From Alphaproteobacteria bacterium (GTDB taxonomy: Bacteria > Pseudomonadota > Alphaproteobacteria > JAAXGF01), in the NCBI GenBank assembly GCA_963555825.3, contig CAUVXB020000002.1, positions 2,912,001 to 2,976,000 on the forward strand: a stretch of DNA of 64,000 nucleotides, in the 5' to 3' direction. Below are positions 41,576 to 51,178 of this stretch, piece by piece. The notes beneath the pieces are model-generated. The model saw nothing but the letters and a program-made list of their open reading frames with translations. It had not been told where the DNA came from and did not search any database. Numbering within the stretch: the stretch's first letter is position 1; each line of letters begins with the position of its first letter. Made by a program: the position numbers and the translations under genes.

Positions 41576-42064
41576 TCATGATCGCCCGACGATAAAATCC
41601 GCGATCGCGGCGACGTCGTCGAGGTCGAGAATCGGCAGCGCGATGTCGGCCAGCGGCGCGTTGCTGGCGACCGCGATGATATGCGGGTCGTCGAGGCACA
41701 GAAGCGGCGTGTTCGCCGCCGGGCGATGGACCTCGATCTTGTCGTGCCGGTGGCGCTTGAAGCCCTCGACCAGCAGGATGTCGACGCCGGTCATGCGCGC
41801 GCACAGCTCGGCCAGGCTCGCCTCGGGCGCGCCGCGGTGCTCGTGCATCAGCGCCCAATAGTCATCGGTGGCGATCAGCACCTCGGCGGCGCCGGCCTCG
41901 CGCAGCGCCCGGGACGCGGCGTCACCGCGGTCGATGGCGACGTTGTGGTGGGTGTGCTTGACGGTCGACACGGTATGGCCCCGGCGCCTGAGTTCGGGGA
42001 TCAGCCGAACCACGAGCGTCGTCTTTCCGCTGCCGCTGTAGCCGGCGATACCCAGCACCTTCAT
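41576..42064 (-). CDS. mobB: Molybdopterin-guanine dinucleotide biosynthesis protein B
   Basis: GYSGSGKTT, KHTHH, LVEGFK, KIEV. Confidence 0.9.
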   Translation of the reverse strand: MKVLGIAGYSGSGKTTLVVRLIPELRRRGHTVSTVKHTHHNVAIDRGDAASRALREAGAAEVLIATDDYWALMHEHRGAPEASLAELCARMTGVDILLVEGFKRHRHDKIEVHRPAANTPLLCLDDPHIIAVASNAPLADIALPILDLDDVAAIADFIVGRS

Positions 42065-42314
42065 GGTGTTCTTCCCCGCGCGCGCCCTCGTGAATAGATC
42101 GTCCGGCCGCGCCATGGTGGTGTCGCCCGGCGGGCCTGTCAACGTTGCGCAGGCGACCAAAACTCCGATTCCGGGTCTACCATTGGCCGGGCGAACCGAT
42201 TAGAGTGGGGCCGAAGTCGTGCCGCCCGATCCGGGCGGCGGGCGGGGCGGCGCAAATCGCGCCCCGTCCAGACAAAAAAATTCCGTGGCTCACGCTGCCA
42301 TTGAGGGGAACAGG

Positions 42315-42788
42315 ATGCACAAGTCGCTGCTCATCGATCCGGATCTCTGTACCAGCTGTCTGCAATGCGAAATGGCCTGCTCGTTCGAGCACGAGGGCTC
42401 GTTCAATCCGGCCAAGTCGCGCATCAAGGTGTTCGAGTTCGAGCACGGCCGGCGCGCGATTCCGTACACCTGCACGCAATGCGCCGAGGCCTGGTGCATG
42501 CACGCCTGCCCGGTCGAGGCGATCACCAAGAACGCGGCAACCGGCGCCATGGAAGTGGCCGACGACGTCTGCGTCGGCTGCAAGGTGTGCACCATCGCCT
42601 GCCCGTTCGGCACGGTGAACTACAACGCCGATACCGGCAAGGTCATCAAATGCGACCTGTGCGGCGGCGACCCGGAATGCGCCAAGGCCTGCCCGACCGC
42701 CGCGATCGTCTATGTCGACGCCGACTGGACCGGTTATGACCGCATGAAGGCCTGGGCGGTCAAGACCGACACCCAGCCGCGCGCTTAA
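42315..42788 (+). CDS. 4Fe-4S polyferredoxin subunit of aldehyde oxidoreductase (AorA-like)
   Basis: Four CxxCxxC..CP-type motifs; directly upstream of aor. Confidence 0.9.
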   Translation: MHKSLLIDPDLCTSCLQCEMACSFEHEGSFNPAKSRIKVFEFEHGRRAIPYTCTQCAEAWCMHACPVEAITKNAATGAMEVADDVCVGCKVCTIACPFGTVNYNADTGKVIKCDLCGGDPECAKACPTAAIVYVDADWTGYDRMKAWAVKTDTQPRA

Positions 42789-42807
42789 GTCACCAGGAGA
42801 TACCCCG

Positions 42808-44628
42808 ATGGGATGGCAACGAAAAATCCTCCGTGTCGATCTGACCAAGGGCACCGCCGAGGCCGAACCGCTCAACATGGAATGGGCGCAGAAATACCTC
42901 GGCGAGCGTGGCCTGGCGACCAAGTATCTGATGGAAAACATGGACCCGAAGGTCGACGCGATGAGCCCGGAAAACGTGCTCATCTTCGCGACCGGTCCCC
43001 TGACCGGCACCATGGCCTCGACCAGCGGGCGCTACGCCGTGGTCACCAAGGGGCCGCTGACCGGCGCGATCGCGTGTTCGAACTCGGGCGGCAAGTTCGG
43101 CGCCGAGCTCAAATTCGCCGGCTATGACATGATGATCGTCGAGGGCAAGGCGGCCGAACCGGTCTACCTGCACATCGTCGATGACAAGGTCGATATCCTG
43201 CCGGCTGGCGACCTCTGGGGCACGACCGTGTGGCACACCGAGGAAACGCTCAAGGCGCGCCACCAGAACCCGCGGCTCAAGGTCGCCTCGATCGGTGTCG
43301 CCGGCGAGCGCGGCGTGCGTTACGCCTGCATCATCAACGACCTGCACCGCGCCGCCGGTCGGTCGGGCGTCGGCGCCGTGATGGGCTCGAAGAACCTCAA
43401 GGCGGTCGCCGTGTACGGCACCGTCGGCGTCACCGTCGACGACCCCGTGCGCTTCATGGAGATCGTGCGCGAGACCCACCAGCAGCTCGCCGAGAGCGAC
43501 GGCCGCAAGGAGCTCACCGAGCTCGGCACCAACTCGATGATCGACATGATGCAGGAGTTCGGCGGCCTGCCGACGCGCAACTTCAACGAGGTCCAGTTCG
43601 ACGGCACCGGCAACATCAACCCGGCGGCGATGGAGCGCGCCAACGCGCGCGGCCACGTCAACCTGATCACCAACAAGGCATGCTTCGGTTGCACCATCGC
43701 CTGCGGGCGCATCGCCCATATCGACAAGGACCACTTCACGATCGTCAACCGGCCCGAGTACCGCCACGCCTCGGGCGGGCTCGAGTACGAGACGGCCTAT
43801 GCCTTCGGCCCGGTGGTCTGCGTCGACGACATCGACGCGCTGACCTTCGCCGGCTACCTGATGAACGAGCACGGCATGGACCCGATCTCGTTCGGCGCGA
43901 CGCTGGCCGCCGCCATGGAGCTCTTCGAAATGGGTGTTATCACGACCGACGACACCGACGGCATCCCGCTCAACTTCGGCAACGCCGAGGCGCTCACCGT
44001 GATGGCCGAGAAGACCGGCAAATACGAGGGCTTCGGCCAGATCCTCGGCCTCGGCTCGAAGCGCATGTGCGAGAAGTACGGCCATCCGGAACTCTCGATG
44101 AGCGTCAAGGGCCAGGAGTTCGCCGGCTATGACAGTCGGGCGCTGCAGGGCATGGGGCTCGGCTACGCGACCTCGAACCGCGGCGCCTGCCACCTCAAGC
44201 ACGACACCTTCGGCCCCGACATGGAGGACCAGACCGGCGCCGGCAAGGCGCAGCCGTGCAAGGACTCGCAGGACGAGGTCGCCTTCCTCGACTCGACCGG
44301 GCTGTGCCTGTTCGCGGCGGGCACCTGGGGCATCGAGGGCTATCAGAAGCAGATCGACGCCGCCTGCGAGGGCGACTGGTCGGTCGAGCGCGTGCGCGAG
44401 ACCGGCGAGCGCGTCTGGAACCTCGAACGCCAGTTCAACCTGGCCGCCGGGCTGACCGCCGCCGACGACACGCTGCCCAAGCGCCTGCTCGAGGTGCCGG
44501 TTCCGTCGGGCACGGCCAAGGGCAAGGTCAACGAGCTGGGCAAGATGCTGCCCGAGTACTACGAGGCGCGCGGCTGGACGCCCGAGGGCGTGCCGACCAG
44601 CGAGACGCTCGCGCGGCTCGACCTTTAG
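42808..44628 (+). CDS. aor: Tungsten-containing aldehyde oxidoreductase catalytic subunit (AOR family)
   Basis: ILRVDLT, ATGPLTG, SNSGG, AAGRSGVGAVMGSKNLKA, CFGCTIAC, LEYET, NRGACH, DSTGLC. Confidence 0.95.
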   Translation: MGWQRKILRVDLTKGTAEAEPLNMEWAQKYLGERGLATKYLMENMDPKVDAMSPENVLIFATGPLTGTMASTSGRYAVVTKGPLTGAIACSNSGGKFGAELKFAGYDMMIVEGKAAEPVYLHIVDDKVDILPAGDLWGTTVWHTEETLKARHQNPRLKVASIGVAGERGVRYACIINDLHRAAGRSGVGAVMGSKNLKAVAVYGTVGVTVDDPVRFMEIVRETHQQLAESDGRKELTELGTNSMIDMMQEFGGLPTRNFNEVQFDGTGNINPAAMERANARGHVNLITNKACFGCTIACGRIAHIDKDHFTIVNRPEYRHASGGLEYETAYAFGPVVCVDDIDALTFAGYLMNEHGMDPISFGATLAAAMELFEMGVITTDDTDGIPLNFGNAEALTVMAEKTGKYEGFGQILGLGSKRMCEKYGHPELSMSVKGQEFAGYDSRALQGMGLGYATSNRGACHLKHDTFGPDMEDQTGAGKAQPCKDSQDEVAFLDSTGLCLFAAGTWGIEGYQKQIDAACEGDWSVERVRETGERVWNLERQFNLAAGLTAADDTLPKRLLEVPVPSGTAKGKVNELGKMLPEYYEARGWTPEGVPTSETLARLDL

Positions 44629-44682
44629 AACGCGGGTTGGCGCGTCTGGCGCCCGCCCGACAACGCTTGGCGAGGACAGGTC

Positions 44683-45927
44683 ATGGACTATGTCATCATC
44701 GGCGCCGGCCCGGCCGGCGTGGTCGCGGCGGAAGCGCTGCGCAAGACCGATCCCGGCGGCTCGGTGACGATCATTGGCGGCGAGGCGGAACCGCCCTATT
44801 CGCGCATGGCGATCCCCTATCTGCTGGCCGAGAGCGTCGGCGAGGAAGGCACGCACCTGCGCCACGGCGACGGCCATTACGACGCCGGCGGCATCACCCT
44901 GCGCCAGGGCCAGGTAGCGTCGATTTCGCCGGGCGACAAGACGGTCAAACTCGACGGCGGCGACAGCGTCGCTTTCGACAAGCTGCTGATCGCGACCGGC
45001 GCGCGCCCGGTCAAGCCGCCGATCGACGGCATGGACCTTCCGGGCATCGAGAACTGTTGGACGCTCGAGGATTCGCGGCGCATCGCGGCGGGCACCGAGG
45101 CGGGCTCGCGCGTCGTCCTGATGGGCGCCGGCTTCATCGGCTGCATCATCCTCGAGGCGCTGGTCGAGCGCGGCGTCGAGCTGACCGTCGTCGAGATGGA
45201 AGACCGTATGCTGCCGCGCATGATGGATGAGACCGGCGGCGGCATGATCGAGCGCTGGGTCGAGAGCAAGGGCGTCAAGGTGCTGTGCGGCACGCGCGTC
45301 GAGAAGATCGAGGCGGCCGACGGCGGCCTGCGTCTCTCGCTCTCGGGCGGTGACGCGATCGACGCCGCGTTCGTCGTCTGCGCCACCGGCGTCAAACCGA
45401 ACCTCGATTTCCTCGCGGGCTCGGGCATCGAGACCGATGACGGCATCCTGGTCGACGAGCACTTGGAGACCAGCGTGCCCGGCATCTATGCGGCCGGCGA
45501 CGTCGCCCAGGGGCCCGATTTCTCGACCGGCGGCCGCGAGGTCCACGCGATCCAGCCGACCGCCTCCGAGCACGGCCGCGTCGCCGCCTGGAACATGACC
45601 GGGCGCGCCTCGCACTATCGCGGCTCGCTGTCGATGAACGTCCTCAACACGCTCGGCCTGATCTCGAGCTCGTTCGGCCTGTGGCAGGGCGTCGACGGCG
45701 GCGATCGCGCGGTCGCGGTCGACCAGGACCGGTTCCAGTACCTGCGCCTCGAGTTCGACGGCGACCTGCTGGTCGGCTCGCTGGCACTGGGGCTGACCCA
45801 GCACGTCGGTGTCCTGCGCGGGCTGATCCAGACCAAGATCGCCCTCGGGCCGTGGAAGGAACGGCTGATGGCCGATCCGCATCTGGTGATGGACGCCTAC
45901 CTCGATCGCACCAAGGGCGTCGCCTGA
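44683..45927 (+). CDS. FAD-dependent NAD(P)H oxidoreductase subunit (AorC-like)
   Basis: GAGPAG, LLIATGA, GAGFIG, IYAAGD. Confidence 0.9.
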   Translation: MDYVIIGAGPAGVVAAEALRKTDPGGSVTIIGGEAEPPYSRMAIPYLLAESVGEEGTHLRHGDGHYDAGGITLRQGQVASISPGDKTVKLDGGDSVAFDKLLIATGARPVKPPIDGMDLPGIENCWTLEDSRRIAAGTEAGSRVVLMGAGFIGCIILEALVERGVELTVVEMEDRMLPRMMDETGGGMIERWVESKGVKVLCGTRVEKIEAADGGLRLSLSGGDAIDAAFVVCATGVKPNLDFLAGSGIETDDGILVDEHLETSVPGIYAAGDVAQGPDFSTGGREVHAIQPTASEHGRVAAWNMTGRASHYRGSLSMNVLNTLGLISSSFGLWQGVDGGDRAVAVDQDRFQYLRLEFDGDLLVGSLALGLTQHVGVLRGLIQTKIALGPWKERLMADPHLVMDAYLDRTKGVA

Positions 45928-45944
45928 CCGGCGACGCGCGGCGC

Positions 45945-46196
45945 ATGAAAATCCACGTCAGGACCGCGGGCCTCTTGGGCAAGTACCTGCCGCCCGGCAA
46001 CGCCGGCAACGCCGCCGACATCGAGGTCGCCGACGGCGCCACGCCGACCGACGTCATCGCCCAGCTCGGCATGCCGACGGACGTGTCCTATCTGGTGACG
46101 CTCAATGGTGAATCTCTGCCGCGCGCCGAACGCGCGGTCCGCGCGCTGGCCGCCAACGACGACCTCGCCATCATGCCGCCGCTCAAGGGCGGCTGA
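45945..46196 (+). CDS. MoaD/ThiS-family sulfur carrier
   Basis: 83 aa ending PPLKGG; last gene of aor operon. Confidence 0.88.
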   Translation: MKIHVRTAGLLGKYLPPGNAGNAADIEVADGATPTDVIAQLGMPTDVSYLVTLNGESLPRAERAVRALAANDDLAIMPPLKGG

Positions 46197-46246
46197 CCGG
46201 GGTCGCCCGCCCGCCGCCGCCCGCCTCCCAACCTCTTCTTTAAACG

Positions 46247-46325
46247 TAAGCAGTATACATTTAACACGCGTCGCGGCGGACGCGAGGCTTGGATCAGAGG
46301 TTTCGCAGTAAATGTATACTGCTTA
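46247..46325. repeat. AT-rich long inverted repeat between convergent genes
   Basis: Perfect 17-bp arms TAAGCAGTATACATTTA (46247-46263) / TAAATGTATACTGCTTA (46309-46325). Confidence 0.75.
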
Positions 46326-46382
46326 AATTTAATGGTTGGCTGGGGGGGGTGACGCGGCGGTCGGGCGTCGACCGGTTCCGTG

Positions 46383-46745
46383 TCAGCCGCCCATCGGGCG
46401 CGAGCGGCGGTCGTATTCGTCGATGACGCGTTTCAGCGTGGCGATCAGCCGCTTGTCGCGTTCCTGCTCCATGTCGAACTCGACGCCGATGCCGCCTGGA
46501 TAGAGGCGCACGATCTTGGTCCTGAGCATGCCGATGCGGTCGAGATAGAGATCGATCTTGGTGCCCTTGGGCGGCTGGATTTCGAGCCGCATGTCGAGGA
46601 CGATACCCGCGCCACCGACCGACAGGCTCTCGATCCTGCCCTTGTACTGCTTGCCGTTGTATGTCGTACGGCACGGCTCGAAAACGCGGTACCGCTTGTA
46701 CTTGCGCCGTTCTATGCCGTCGGGCCCGATTTCCTGATCGGTCAT
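46383..46745 (-). CDS. Stand-alone PilZ domain protein
   Basis: ERRKYKR and ESLSVGGA motifs, GIGVEF. Confidence 0.8.
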   Translation of the reverse strand: MTDQEIGPDGIERRKYKRYRVFEPCRTTYNGKQYKGRIESLSVGGAGIVLDMRLEIQPPKGTKIDLYLDRIGMLRTKIVRLYPGGIGVEFDMEQERDKRLIATLKRVIDEYDRRSRPMGG

Positions 46746-46850
46746 GCCCCAACCACCCTCGTCAAATTTCGCCGTTCTACGCCCCACGCGCGGCGGCGAT
46801 CGTAACACGTTCCGAAGCAGGCGGCGATGTCGGCGCCCCGATACCTAGGA

Positions 46851-47120
46851 TCAGCCGTCGTGGCCCCGCTTGGTCGCCTTGAAGTCGATCGAGCGCCCGG
46901 CGTGGCTCTCGGCGTCAACCGCGTAGTGCTTGCGAATCTCGACATTGCGCATGATAACCTCGAGGCAGGTGACGTCGGTCGCGTCGGGCGTCAGCGGCTC
47001 GGCGTATTTGTCCTTGAGGTCGGCGAGCGTCTCGGTCTCGTTGGGCATCAGCGCCGCGCCGGCCGCCTCGACCCGGTCGATCAGATGCTTCAACTCGACG
47101 TAGCCCGCCATATCGAACAT
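46851..47120 (-). CDS. Hypothetical protein
   Basis: 89 aa, SD GAGGA, host codon usage. Confidence 0.6.
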   Translation of the reverse strand: MFDMAGYVELKHLIDRVEAAGAALMPNETETLADLKDKYAEPLTPDATDVTCLEVIMRNVEIRKHYAVDAESHAGRSIDFKATKRGHDG

Positions 47121-47176
47121 CGCGCCGTTCCTCTGTCCGTTTTCTCGTCGAGCTTAGCGTTTGGCGCGCCGGGCGG

Positions 47177-47944
47177 CTAGCCACCGCGCGCCGCCAGGTA
47201 GTCGTCGAAGATTTCGAGCAGCCCGGGCACGTCGGGGTCGAGGCGCTTCCAGAGCGCCATCTCGTCCGGCGTCTCGGCCGCCATGTAGCGCTTGAAGCCG
47301 GCACACCAGCGCCATTCGAGCTGCTGACGAAAAACGACCATGTTCGCGGTGTGCTTGTCGGCATCGAAGTCCTGGAAGGCTTGTTCCGTGTACAGGTTTG
47401 CCTCGCATTCGCGGTCGGTCTCGTCCATCGCGTACAAACGTCCTTCGAGGTATTGCGTGCCGTGGCCGACCAGTTCATGGGCGATCCCGGCGGCGATCTC
47501 CTCGTGCGAACGTTTGATCAGATAACGCCCGATGATGACCGGGAAGCGACGTTGTGCCGCGCTGTCCGCGTCGCCAAACAGATTGGGGTTGAAGGACGCC
47601 AAGACGACGCCGGTGAAATTGCTCGCGACCTTCGGCGGATGGGCCGGGTCGAAGACGATGGCCACTTCGCCGTGGCGGGCGAGTTTCGCGATGGCGGCGG
47701 CGCTAAACGGCGAGGCTTCGTAGAGCGCGTCGAGCGCGGCGCCGAGCTGTGCGATGGCGGCGGAGTCGTCGGGTACCGCGATGTCGAATTCGGCGCCGGC
47801 CTGCGGCGCGATTGCCATCAGCGTCGCATCGCGATGTCGCTCGCGCGTCGTGATTTCGCCGCCGACACCAGCCGTCGCCCACAGACCGCCGATCGCGGCG
47901 AGCAGGGCGATCGCCGCATGTCGCGCCACTGTCGAGCGTGTCAT
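47177..47944 (-). CDS. Secreted protein with HExxxH-like putative metal site
   Basis: Signal peptide; IAHELVGHGTQ followed by DRECEA. Confidence 0.65.
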   Translation of the reverse strand: MTRSTVARHAAIALLAAIGGLWATAGVGGEITTRERHRDATLMAIAPQAGAEFDIAVPDDSAAIAQLGAALDALYEASPFSAAAIAKLARHGEVAIVFDPAHPPKVASNFTGVVLASFNPNLFGDADSAAQRRFPVIIGRYLIKRSHEEIAAGIAHELVGHGTQYLEGRLYAMDETDRECEANLYTEQAFQDFDADKHTANMVVFRQQLEWRWCAGFKRYMAAETPDEMALWKRLDPDVPGLLEIFDDYLAARGG

Positions 47945-48020
47945 CGAGATGTCTGTCGCCGCCACCATACCGGGCGGCACGGTAGCACGGCGATGACGGC
48001 TCGTCGCTATGCGCGCCCAG

Positions 48021-48160
48021 CTAGCCGGGCGCCGAGACATCGTCGGCGAACAGCGCTTAGAGCCTCGGGGCATCGGGATCTCGACGCTACGAGCGACACA
48101 ATGCTCGCGTAACGGTCCGTCGGCCGGGTCTCGGCGCCATGTGGCGCGCTTGTACCGGCG
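48021..48160 (-). pseudogene. Degenerate duplicate of the 3' end of the 47177-47944 gene
   Basis: Translates RRDPDAPRL*ALFADDVSAPG* vs RLDPDVPGLLEIFDDYLAARGG*; shared nt blocks AAGCGC..ACATGGCG..CCGAGAC. Confidence 0.65.
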
Positions 48161-48223
48161 GGCTTTAGCCGTCATGTTGGCGCGGCGCGGGTTTAAACGG
48201 GACGAGACGAAAGGACACGATAG

Positions 48224-49870
48224 ATGGCGCGGATGACGGGTGGCCAGGCGCTGGTCAAATCACTTCGGAACAACGGGATCGACACCATATTCGGGCTGCC
48301 CGGCGTGCAGATGGACGCTACGTTCAACGCGCTCTATGACGAGGGCAACGCGATCCGCGTGATCCATTCGCGTCACGAACAGGGCGCCGCCTACATGGCG
48401 TTCGGCTACGCCCATGCGACGGGCCGCGTCGGCGCCTACGCCGTGGTTCCCGGACCGGGGCTGTTGAACACCACCGCGGCGCTCGCCACGGCCTATGGCT
48501 GCAACACGCCCGTGCTCGCCGTAGCCGGCCAAATCCCGTCGACCACCAAGGGCCGTGGCCTCGGCCAGCTGCACGAAATTCCCGACCAACTGGCGCTGAT
48601 CCGCGGCCTGACCAAATCGGCCGAATCGATCGACCATCCGTCGGACGCGCCGCGCGCGGTCAACGAGGCGTTTCGCCAACTCGCCAGCGGCCGGCCGCGC
48701 CCGGTCGAGGTCGAGATGCCGTGGGACGTCATGGCGTCGGAGGCCGAGGTCGATCTGCTCGACCCGGTCGCGGCGACGCCGCCGCCGCCGCTCGACGGCG
48801 AGGGCATCGAGCAGGCGGCCCGGCTGCTCGGCGCCGCCAAGAACCCGATGATCTTCGTCGGCTCGGGCGCCCTCGGCGCGGCCGAGGAGGTGCGCGAGCT
48901 GGGCGAGATGTTGCAGGCGCCGGTCGCATCGAACCGCCAGGGCAGGGGGCTGCTGTCGGATCACCATTACCTGGCGCTCAGCCACCTGATGGCGCGCTCG
49001 CTGTGGCCGGCGGCCGACGTCGTGCTCGCCGTCGGCACGCGGATGCAGCCGCAGCGCATGGTCTGGGGTATCGACGACGACCTCGCCGTCGTCCATATCG
49101 ACATCGACCCGACCGAGATCAACCGGGTGTCGAAGCCAGCCGTCGGCATCGTCGCCGACGCCAAGCAGGCGCTCGGCGCGCTGATCGCCGCGCTCGCCAA
49201 GCACAACAGCGCCCGGCCATCGCGCGAGGCCGAGCTGAGCGCGCTCAAGAGCGGCATCATCGCCGAGTTGCACGAGCGTCTCGGCCCCCAGATGGGTTTC
49301 ATCGACGTGCTGCGCGGCGCATTGCCCGAAGACGGCATCCTGGTCGACGAGCTGACCCAGGTCGGCTATGTCGCGCGCGTCGGCTATCCGGTCTACCGGC
49401 CGCGCTGCTTCCTGACCTCGGGCTATCAGGGCACGCTCGGCTTCGGCTACGCCACGGCGCTCGGCGTCAAGGTCGCGCTGCCCGATCGCAAGGTGTTGTC
49501 GATCAACGGCGACGGCGGCTTCATGTACAACGTGCAGGAGCTGTCGACCGCGGTGAAGCACAACATCGACGTCGTCGCCGTGGTCTTCGCCGACGGCGCC
49601 TTCGGCAACGTGCAACGAATGCAGAAGGAGCTGTGGGGCGGCCGCGTCATCGCGACGGATTTCGCCAACCCCGACTTCGTGGCGCTCGCCGAGAGTTTCG
49701 GCGTCGGCGCGCACAAGGCGACGACGCCAGCCGAGCTCTCGGCGGCGCTCGATGCCGCCTTCGCCGAGCGGGGCCCGAGCCTGATCCACGTGCCGGTCGG
49801 TGAAATGCCTGATCCGTGGAGCTGGCTGGTCGGCGGCGCGGTGCGCGGCAAGGCCGAACTGAAACGCTGA
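48224..49870 (+). CDS. Thiamine-diphosphate enzyme (acetolactate synthase large subunit-like)
   Basis: IFGLPG, RHEQGAAYMA, PGPGLLN, GDGGFMYNVQEL. Confidence 0.9.
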   Translation: MARMTGGQALVKSLRNNGIDTIFGLPGVQMDATFNALYDEGNAIRVIHSRHEQGAAYMAFGYAHATGRVGAYAVVPGPGLLNTTAALATAYGCNTPVLAVAGQIPSTTKGRGLGQLHEIPDQLALIRGLTKSAESIDHPSDAPRAVNEAFRQLASGRPRPVEVEMPWDVMASEAEVDLLDPVAATPPPPLDGEGIEQAARLLGAAKNPMIFVGSGALGAAEEVRELGEMLQAPVASNRQGRGLLSDHHYLALSHLMARSLWPAADVVLAVGTRMQPQRMVWGIDDDLAVVHIDIDPTEINRVSKPAVGIVADAKQALGALIAALAKHNSARPSREAELSALKSGIIAELHERLGPQMGFIDVLRGALPEDGILVDELTQVGYVARVGYPVYRPRCFLTSGYQGTLGFGYATALGVKVALPDRKVLSINGDGGFMYNVQELSTAVKHNIDVVAVVFADGAFGNVQRMQKELWGGRVIATDFANPDFVALAESFGVGAHKATTPAELSAALDAAFAERGPSLIHVPVGEMPDPWSWLVGGAVRGKAELKR

Positions 49871-49939
49871 TCGGGGCGTCGAGGGCGGCTGGCGGGCAAG
49901 AACGAACCGATTCCAACCCGTCAAAATTTGAGTTATCGC

Positions 49940-50110
49940 ATAGCCCGATCGATTGGGATCGATCTGGTCATGCCAGCGCGCGCCAGTCTTATTGGGATAA
50001 GAAGAGGGGCGCCGCCGACCGTTCGTCCACTCTTGGTTCGATAAGATTGGCGTACGCGGCGATTGAGCGCAGGTCATCCTTGCAAGGCAAGGACGACCGT
50101 ATAAAAACTA
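49940..50110 (-). repeat. Copy B of TAG-anchored palindromic repeat
   Basis: Starts at Sel1 TAG; hairpin GGTCGTCCTTGC-ctt-GCAAGGATGACC then TGCGCTCAATCGCCGCG. Confidence 0.75.
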
Positions 50111-50905
50111 CCCGCCGTGGGCCTGGCGCCAAGCCTCGGCAAGCTCGATGGCCTGGGCGCGCTGATCGGGCATCAGGATCTTGACGACGAAGTCGAGCCC
50201 GATCTTGGCCCGTTCGTTCTCCTGGGTGGTCGCCAAGGAGAACCACATATACGCCAACATTACGTCCTTTTCGACGCCTTCGCCCCACAAAAAGGCGTCG
50301 CCCAAGGCACGCTGTGCGGCGGCGTGGTTCTGCTCGGCGGCGGGCCGCCACCACTTTACCGCGTGCATCTTGTCGAACTCGGTCCCGCGGCCGTATTCGT
50401 AGGCGACGCCGAGGTAGTATTGCGCGTCGGCGACGCCCTGGTCGGCGGCCTTGCGCCACCATTTCACCGCCTCGACATAGTTACGCTCGACGCCGCGTCC
50501 CGTGCCGTACGCCTTTCCCAACTCGCTCTGCGCCAGGGCATAGCCCTGCTCGGCGGCCCGCCGATACCACAGGACCGCCTCTCTGTGATCCTGCACGACG
50601 CCGCGGGGGGAGTCGTACATGTTGCCGAGATTGAGTTGGGCGGCCGGCGAGCCGAAGGCCCCCGCGATGCTGAACCATTTGATCGCCTGATCGTAGTTCG
50701 CCGCCACGCCCAAGCCGTCGCGGTAGATCACGCCGATGAGCCTTTGAGCCTCGGTATCGTCGCCATCCGCCAGGGGAAACAACTCGCGGTACGCCGCCGC
50801 GTAGTCGCCGCTCTCCATGGCCGCCAAGCCCGCCGCGACGTCGGCATGAGCCGGCGGCGCCAGCAGGCACGGCAACAGAGCGGCAACGTAAGCGAAATAT
50901 CTCAT
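50108..50905 (-). CDS. Secreted Sel1-like repeat protein
   Basis: Signal peptide ..PPAHA; repeated AQ.xLG.xY..GxGV..D..A..W..AA.QG. Confidence 0.9.
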   Translation of the reverse strand: MRYFAYVAALLPCLLAPPAHADVAAGLAAMESGDYAAAYRELFPLADGDDTEAQRLIGVIYRDGLGVAANYDQAIKWFSIAGAFGSPAAQLNLGNMYDSPRGVVQDHREAVLWYRRAAEQGYALAQSELGKAYGTGRGVERNYVEAVKWWRKAADQGVADAQYYLGVAYEYGRGTEFDKMHAVKWWRPAAEQNHAAAQRALGDAFLWGEGVEKDVMLAYMWFSLATTQENERAKIGLDFVVKILMPDQRAQAIELAEAWRQAHGG

Positions 50906-50957
50906 GGGCGTTGTCCGCCGCCAGAATAACGCAACTATACGCCCGATGCGAGACGTC

Positions 50958-51165
50958 CTAGAGCATAATCCGGTCATCTTTACGTTGTAAAGATGACTTG
51001 TGCTCAATCGCCGCGCTCGCCAGTCTTATGGAATCAAGCCGATTTTATAGGATCAAGCCGTTCTTATGGGATCAAGGGTGGCCGAACCGTCGGCGGCGCC
51101 CCTCTTGTTGGGATGAAGATGGGCGCGCTGGCAAAATCCGATCGATTAGAATCGATCGAATTCTG
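50958..51165 (+). repeat. Copy C of TAG-anchored palindromic repeat
   Basis: CTAGAGCA.. hairpin GTCATCTTTAC-gtt-GTAAAGATGAC, TGCTCAATCGCCGCG, CGAACCGTCGGCGGCGCCCCTCTT, terminal CGATCGAT hairpin. Confidence 0.75.
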
Positions 51166-51178
51166 CGCCAGCGTTGTT

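Noticed and set aside
51024-51080. Three ~20-bp tandem units as a mini CRISPR
   Set aside because: No spacers, degenerate units, no cas genes; part of repeat copy C.
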